Assembly: GCF_009914755.1 (NCBI RefSeq)
Contig: NC_060937.1
Reading direction: 5' to 3' (one strand)
Source: the human T2T-CHM13v2.0 reference genome, Homo sapiens
DNA length: 64,000 nt
The position numbers and the translations under genes are program-made. The notes beneath the pieces are model-generated. The model had not been told where the DNA came from and did not search any database. It was given only the letters and a program-made list of their open reading frames with translations. How positions within the stretch are numbered: the stretch's first letter is position 1; every line of letters starts with the position of its first letter. This document shows positions 54,446 to 64,000 of this stretch, in pieces.

Positions 54446-57385
54446 CGTAGGAAAAAAAATGAAAAAGATATAGAAAACTGCTCATGATTGTTAAATATTA
54501 ATGATGTATATTTTGGTCCATAATATTATTGTCAAGTTTTATGAAAGTTTCAAGGTGTTCATAGAAATGTAAAAATTAAAAAGTGACTGTTAAAGTTTCT
54601 ATAAATGTTGATTATCCAAATCTTAACCCCTTGCCTTATATAAAACCCTGATTTTTACTCAGTGGAGACTCCAGCATTCACCACCAACTCTAAAGAAATG
54701 CCCAACTCAACAAGTATTGTCTGCCATTTTTTTCTGCTATATTTTGTCTCCTTTATTTCTCCAATCATTTCTCATCTTGAAGCCATCAAAAAAAAAGTCA
54801 CTCTTCTTCCAGACTCTGGTGATTCTCAAGTAATCTCTCCCTTTCTTGCTTAAGGTGGTACCTGATTCACACAAATAGCACTCCCCAAGTATAAAAGATG
54901 TTCTGGTTTCAGAGCAGTTAACAAGATAGCCTCTTCCCCTGTCATCCCACACTGTCACTTGGATGCTGAAGCAACACTAGACAAGCCTAGAAGTCTAGAG
55001 GGTCTCACTTCAGTTTTTGCCCTCAGATATTGTCTGGGGAACACTATTCCCCCAGTTTAAGCCACTATCATCACCAAAGGACAGATATCTCTTTAGATTA
55101 TAAGCACATTAGCTAAGCAAATTACATTCCTCAACATGAGCATTTAAATTTATGTTAATGGTAAATTCATAGAAAATGAGTGAGTAATGCTTATACTGAG
55201 TCAACTAAGCTGATAATTTTCTAAAACAAAAGATTGTTTATGGCTAATTGGAATGTGCTACTTACAGAACAGAGAAAAAAACTGTTCAAACTGTAGTGGC
55301 AGCCTTTTCTCACTACTTCTTAAAGGTTGAACATTCTAAAATTTCTAGTCTCAATATATTAAGTTTTTGCTTCCAGTAATATAAAATAAAAATATACATA
55401 TATTGTATTTTTATTAAAATAGATAAACTTTGGGACATGGGACTTTTTTTTTTTTTTGGTTTATATTCTCTGCATGTAGGCAGACCTGATTTTTTAAATA
55501 CCCATTTCGATGAGAGTGAAAAATACTTTGGACTGTAAGGTATCCCTATTTTTTTATATAGCAGAGCGTTACTCAAATTACATTTGAACAACAGAGAGAC
55601 AGAATCATATAATCTCCATCAGATAAATTATCTTTTTTCACCACGCTTTGAAGTTCTTTTATCTTGTTAAAGTTCATTATTCTTGAATACTAGTAGGAAG
55701 CTTCATAGTATAATCTGGCCTCTCTTTGCCTATTTCTATAACAAGGAAACAAATTAGAAAATGGTTATCTATAGTTGTTTTAAAAAGAATATATGTAATT
55801 GTATACATTAAATATTAAGATTACAGAAGAAACATTTTTCTTGTGCTTTTATAAATAAAAGAAATATAAAAACAGTAGAAATTAGAATATTTTTAGTTGA
55901 AAAAAATTCTATTCAGTTTTGGTTCAGGAGTATATGTGCAGGTTTATTATATAGGTAAAGTTGTTTCAAGTAGGCTTGTTGTATAGATTATTTTTTCACC
56001 CAAGTACTAAGCCTATACCCAATAGTTATTTTTTCTGCTCCTCTTCCTCCTCCCACCCTCCACCCTCAAGTAGGTACTAGTGTCTGTTGCTCCCCTCTTT
56101 GTGTCCATGTGCTCTCATCATTTAACTCATACTTATAAGTGAGAACATGGGGTATTTAGTTTTCTGCTCCTGAGTTAGTTTGCTAAAAATGATAGCCACC
56201 AGCCCCATCCACGTTTCTGCAAAGGACACGAGCTTGTTGCTTTTTTTTTTATGACCGTGTAGTAGTCCTTGGTGTACATGTCTTACATTTTTTAATCCAG
56301 TCTGTTATTAATGGGCATTTAGTTTAATTTTATGTCTTTGCCATTGTGAATAGTGCTGCAATGAACATACATATGCATGTGTCTTTATGGTAGAACAATG
56401 TATATACCTTTGGGTATATAATCAGCAATGGGATTGCTGGGTCAAATAGTAGTTCTGTTTTTAGCTCTTTGAGGAATCTCCACATGGCTTTCCACACACT
56501 AATTAAACTAATTTACACTCCCACCTATAGTGTACAAGTGTTTCCTTTTATCTCCAAGCTTGCCAGCATGTTATTTTTTGACTTTTTAATAAGAGCCATT
56601 TGACTCCTGTGAGATAGTTTCTCATTGGGATTTTTATTTGCATTTATCTAACAATCAGTGATATTGAGGTTTTTTTCATATAGTTGTTAGCCATGTATGT
56701 CTTCTTTTGAAAGTGTGTGTTCATGTGCTTCGCCCACTTTTTAATGGGATTTTGGGTTTCTTTGTAAATTTAAGTTTTATATAGACCCAGATGTTACACT
56801 CCTCCAATGCATAGTTTGCAAATATTTTCTCCCATTCTGTAGGCTGTCTGTTAGGTTTTTTGTTTGTTTGCTGTGCAGAGGCCCTATAGTTTAATTAGAT
56901 TCCATTTGCCAGTTTTTGCTTTTGTTGCAATTACTTTTGACACCTTTGTCATGAAATCTTTGCCCATCTCTATGTCCAGAATGGTATTGCTTAGCTTGTC
57001 TTATAGGGTTTTTATAATTTTTGGTTTTACATTTAAGTCTTTAATCCATCTTGAGTTAATTTTTGTATATGGTTCAAGGAAGGGGTCCATTTCCAGTCTT
57101 CTGCATATCGCTAGCTAGTTATCACAGCATCATTTATTGAATAGGGAATCCTTTCCCCATTGCTTGTTTTTATCAGCTTTGTCAAAGATCAGATGGCTAT
57201 AAGTGTGCAGCCTTATTTTCTGTGCTCTCTATTCTGTTCCACTGGTCATGTGTCTGTTTTTGTACTAGTATCATACTGTTTTGATTACTGTATCCCTGTG
57301 GTATAGTTTGAGTAGTGTGATGCCTCCAGCCTTGTTCTTCTAGCTTAAGATTCCCTTAAGTACTTGAGCCCTTGTTGGTTCCATA

Positions 57386-60047
<2,662 letters not shown>

Positions 60048-61542
60048 TTATTTTGAGCCTATGGGTATTACTCCATGTGAGATGAATTACTTGAAGACAG
60101 CTTACCATTGAGTCTTGCTTTTTTATCCAGCTAGGCAAGCTGTGCCTTTTAAATGAGCCATTCATCACATTTACATTCAAGGTTAATATTGATATATGTG
60201 GATTTGATTCTGTTATTTTGTTGTTAGTTGGTTGCTGTGCTGGCTTGTTTGTGTAGTTGCTTTATAGTTTCACTAGTATGTGTACTTAAGTGTGTTTTTG
60301 TATTGACTAGGAATGGTCTTTCCTTTTTATATTTCCTGCTCCTTTCAAGATCTCCAGTAACGGGGGGTCTGGTAGTAACAAACTCCATCAGCATTTACTT
60401 ATCTGAAAATAATCTTATTTATCCTTCACTAAGGAAGCTTAGTTTGACTAGATATAAAAATTCTTGTTAAAGATTTTTTTTTTCTTTAAGAATGTTGACT
60501 ATAGGCCCTCAATATTTTCTAGCTTATAAAAGTTTTCCTGAGAGGTCCAGTGTTAGGCTGACAGGGTTCCCTTTGTAGGTGTCCTGCCCTTTCTCTCAAA
60601 CTGCCTTTAACATTCTTTCTTTCATTTCAACCTTGAAAAAAACCTTATGATTATGTGTCTTAGGGATGACTTCCTTGTGTAGAATCTTGCAGGGGTTCTC
60701 TGTATTTCCTGCATTTGACTGTTAGTTTCTCTAGCAAGGTTGGGGAAGTTTTCATGGATGATATTTTGAAGTATCATCCATGAAAGTTTATGCTTTCTCC
60801 CAGTCTCTTTGATTTTTAGATTTGGCCTCTTTACATAATCCCATATTTCTCAGAGGTTTTTTTTCATTCCTTTTTATTCTTTTTCCTATACTTTTGTCTG
60901 ACTGTCTTATTTCAGAGAGCCAGTCTTCAAGTTCCAAAAATCTTTCCTAAGCTTGGGAGGTATAATGCCACTACCTTCGACTGGTTGGAGTTCCAAACCA
61001 GTGGGTATTATCCTGTGAGGTGCCATAAAAGCAGGATCTGTAAACCATTGCTGCCCAGCCCACAGGATTCAGCCCCTTTCCTAGGGATATGTATGGGGGT
61101 CTAACATCCTGCTTTGAGGGAGTTGCAGCTGCTTTTGCCAGGGAACCTGGGTATGGGTATTTAAAGCTCCTAAGGCTCCACGTGTGCCTGAGTGCTGCTC
61201 TGCTGAGATTTCACATAGCTCTGCTATCAGACTAAAAGCCTTAATGGAGTGGGTTCACGAGGGGATCTCCTGACTTGAGGGTTGCAAAGATCAGTGAGAG
61301 AAGCATGGGTCCCCAGCTCACTCACTCACTTACCACTTCCCTGGGTCAGGGAGTCTCGCTTGGCTCTGTTGCTCCCCAGTGGGTGGTCATCCCACCTTGC
61401 ATTTCTCCATTCTCCATGGGTTGAGTTGTTTTCTTGATGAATCCCAGTGCATGCACCTGAATGTTTCAGGTGAAAGTGCTGTATTTACGTCCCCACTCTT
61501 TTTCTCTCCATGACAGCAGTGCGTAGTAGCTGCTTCTAGTCC

Positions 61543-61552
61543 GCCATCTTGG
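61543..61552 (-). promoter_or_regulatory. YY1 motif at the L1 5' end
   Basis: CCAAGATGGC on the minus strand, the conserved L1 5' YY1 site. Confidence 0.7.
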
Positions 61553-62350
61553 TGAGCTTCCCAGAAAAATTTTTCAAAAGCACTCATAATCCAGTACTAA
61601 CAATAGTTAATATAATCAAGTGTTTAGATATGTGTAGATTTATAATATTTTAATTGTGAAGCATATAGCTTTCATATAGTTTTGTACTACTACTGATACA
61701 TTTTTGTTATATAACACTGTACTTACAGTACTTTCTGTTTTGAATTTTATTTAGGCTAGTTTCATAAAAGTGGAAATCTTGGATATAAACATACGGTAAC
61801 CGCTATAATACAGAGATAAATTCCATTGTGAAAAATGCATTTTTTCTTAAATCTACAAATATTTAAAAATAGTTTCCCCCAAATTGCAGATTTTCCACAT
61901 ATATAATTATATAATACATATTTTTGATTTATAAATCATAATAAAAACTCATAATTATTTTTATTTTCATTTATTAAATGATTTATAGTTAAGAATTTAA
62001 CTGTGAATAAAATAGCCTTCATCATATTTTTCTAAAAAATAAATGGTTGGAAGGCAAATATGCTTCTTTTAGCTTAAACTTGTACTTTTTTTCAAATTAA
62101 ATGAATTTAGTTTCTTGAAAGTATGAACGATAAGTATATGTACGGTTTGTCAGTCATGGTGATTATTTCTATTTAAATGTATTGTTTATATAATTTTTTA
62201 ACATATTAGGTATTGGTGTGTATGTGTGTATATCTTTAGCATTTTATGACTGTCCACATCAAGTTTTAAGATAGGCCTAGAACTTCTGTCCAAAATTATA
62301 TAAAATGTATAATCATTTGTCATAATAGGAGACCAGGTTTTGAATCTAGA

Positions 62351-62474
62351 AGTACTCACCAAAAATAGTTGTTCTTTGAAAACAACTAACAAGAATTACA
62401 GATGCTGGCAGAAGACTGGTGACACCAGTACTCTTACAAAAATAGCTGTTCATTGAAAACAACTAACAAGAATT
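62351..62474. repeat. ~47-bp direct duplication separated by a 27-bp copy of downstream LTR sequence
   Basis: A = agtactc..caaaaatag.tgttc.ttgaaaacaactaacaagaatt (62351-62397 and 62427-62474). B = agatgctggcagaagactggtg.cacc (62400-62426 and 62535-62561). Confidence 0.92.
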
Positions 62475-62484
62475 TTGGAAGATA

Positions 62485-63123
62485 TGAGATTCTACCTTAA
62501 TACAACCTGACATGTGAGTTTGCCACAGTTTCATAGATGCTGGCAGAAGACTGGTGCCACCTGAATTTAAGGGCAATGGCATGGCAGACAGTGTGAATTT
62601 CCTGTTTGCCTCTGCTCCTCTTGTCCTCCAAGGGTAAGGCCTGCCTGAGTGTAAGGGCAATGGCATGGCAGGTGGTGTGAACTTCATCTTTGCCTCTGCT
62701 CCTCTTGTCCTCCAAGGGTAACACCTGCCTGAGTGTAGGGGCAATGGCATGACAGGTGGTATGAACTTCATGTTTGCCTCTGTTCCTCTTGTCCTCCAAT
62801 TCCCACAGTGGAAAATGCAGAGAAGGGCCCGGGTGGATGCTGCACACACAGCAGGCTTTTGTCACAAGTAAGAAACCCTCAGCCCAGGAATCTCTAGTCT
62901 TATGAGGGAGTCGTCAATTTTGTCCAACCTTTGCTCTGGAAAGAGATGCTATCTTTATTATTCCAGTTAAGAAACACATTTGCCATTCTCCCCAGAAAGA
63001 GACACTATCTCTAGCTTTCAAGGCTGTTTACTGTACAAATCTCCTTGAAAAAATAGTCTTGAAAAAAGCTGCCCATCCTTCTTCACAAAATATGTAGAAA
63101 CTTGTCAAGAATTATCTGCAATA
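62485..63123 (-). mobile_element. ERVL LTR (MER54/LTR53/MER88-like)
   Basis: 'tgagattctacctta...tgccacagtttcatagatgctggcagaagac...gagacactatctctagctttcaaggctgtt...ccttgaaaaaatagtc'. Confidence 0.75.
62560..62799. repeat. 84-bp tandem repeat x~2.9 within the LTR
   Basis: Units start cctga at 62560, 62644 and 62728. Shared core gggcaatggcatg..tgaa..tttgcctctg.tcctcttgtcctccaa. Confidence 0.95.
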
Positions 63124-63691
63124 ATCATATATAATAATATATAAGATATTATTATATATAATAATGATTGCATATAATTCTAGGAATATTAATTGCTCTC
63201 AGAACTCACAATATCATCAAAATTTGACCATTCATAATATACTGTAAGTATATAAAGGCCACATTGTCACTAGTTAGTCCAAATAAAAGATTCAGAATAG
63301 AGCAAGCTTTACTAAAGTTCACTTCAGAAATAAATTAAATTGTGAGACCTTTGTGATAAAAATGGGCTTTAATCACTTTGTATTGCTTTAAAGTAAAGCA
63401 CTACACGTCATAGTTACTAGCCTCTGATAGTAAAATCTCTTGTTTTCAAATTCTCAGCATCAATTACTTTGGATAAATGCCCACATCTAGACTATGTAAT
63501 TCCGGTAGACTGCCAATCACCAGACCCACAAGAGGCCAAAAGGCTTAGAACAGTAACTGGCACAGAGCAAGTGCCATTTAAGTATTTGTTACACAAACAA
63601 AATTAAACCAAATAACTCTAAAAAAGGTCATGCTCAGTAACACGTCATTGCATGATATCAAATCTCACTTTTTTCTAAATTTATAATAGAT

Positions 63692-63739
63692 AATTCACTA
63701 TTATTCAAAATCCAAAATTCACCGTTATTCAAAATTCAA
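63692..63739. repeat. 24-bp tandem duplication
   Basis: aattcactattattcaaaatccaa / aattcaccgttattcaaaattcaa. Confidence 0.8.
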
Positions 63740-63769
63740 AACATATAGATTTACAATTTTATTTTTCAT

Positions 63770-63965
63770 ACATTTGTCCCTCAGGCACCCAGTTTTCCTC
63801 ATTATAGGCCAACAATACAATTACTTTTTATCTTTGGATAAGTTTTATGGACATAAAATATATCCAAATCCAAAGTATACATATACAAACTACTGTCTTC
63901 TTATTTTAGTATAAAGAGTAGCAAACCACACACATTATTTTGTCTTGTTTTCTTCACTGACATAT
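63770..63965 (-). mobile_element. L1ME 3' fragment
   Basis: 'caggcacccagttttcctc...ggccaacaat...tcttgttttcttcactgacat' resembles antisense L1ME4. Confidence 0.45.
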
Positions 63966-64000
63966 GAATGAAGGACATTGTACATTCAACATGTATGAAG

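Noticed and set aside
63127-63160. AT-only hairpin tatataataatat-ataag-atattattatata
   Set aside because: Low-complexity AT palindromes are expected by chance or slippage.

Overview
This is a 64-kb AT-rich, CpG-poor primate genomic window, almost certainly human or another great ape, since it carries AluY, AluS and LTR17/HERV-W. I find no credible protein-coding exon, RNA gene, CpG island or CRISPR array. Every ORF in the track is explained by Alu, L1, LTR or simple-repeat sequence, or by chance. Roughly half the window is recognisable interspersed repeat: 11 Alu dimers, 2 Alu monomers, two long minus-strand L1s, several truncated L1s, L2, MIR, DNA-transposon relics and about 14 LTR/ERV pieces. 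Three of those are complete solo LTRs with intact target-site duplications. Subfamily names are from recalled consensus sequences and were not checked by search. The most unusual structure is a ~238-bp, ~93%-identical inverted copy of an ERVL-internal fragment (30469-30707 copied to 31468-31704). It sits in the loop of a perfect 24-bp palindrome and is flanked by a 20-bp direct duplication. Four smaller locally templated insertions occur elsewhere. There is also a cryptic degenerate 45-46-bp array (9378-9680), an 84-bp x3 minisatellite inside an ERVL LTR and a pure (GGAA)18 tract. I see no evidence for a new gene system. The notable signals are fossil DNA-repair or rearrangement scars and possible regulatory elements.
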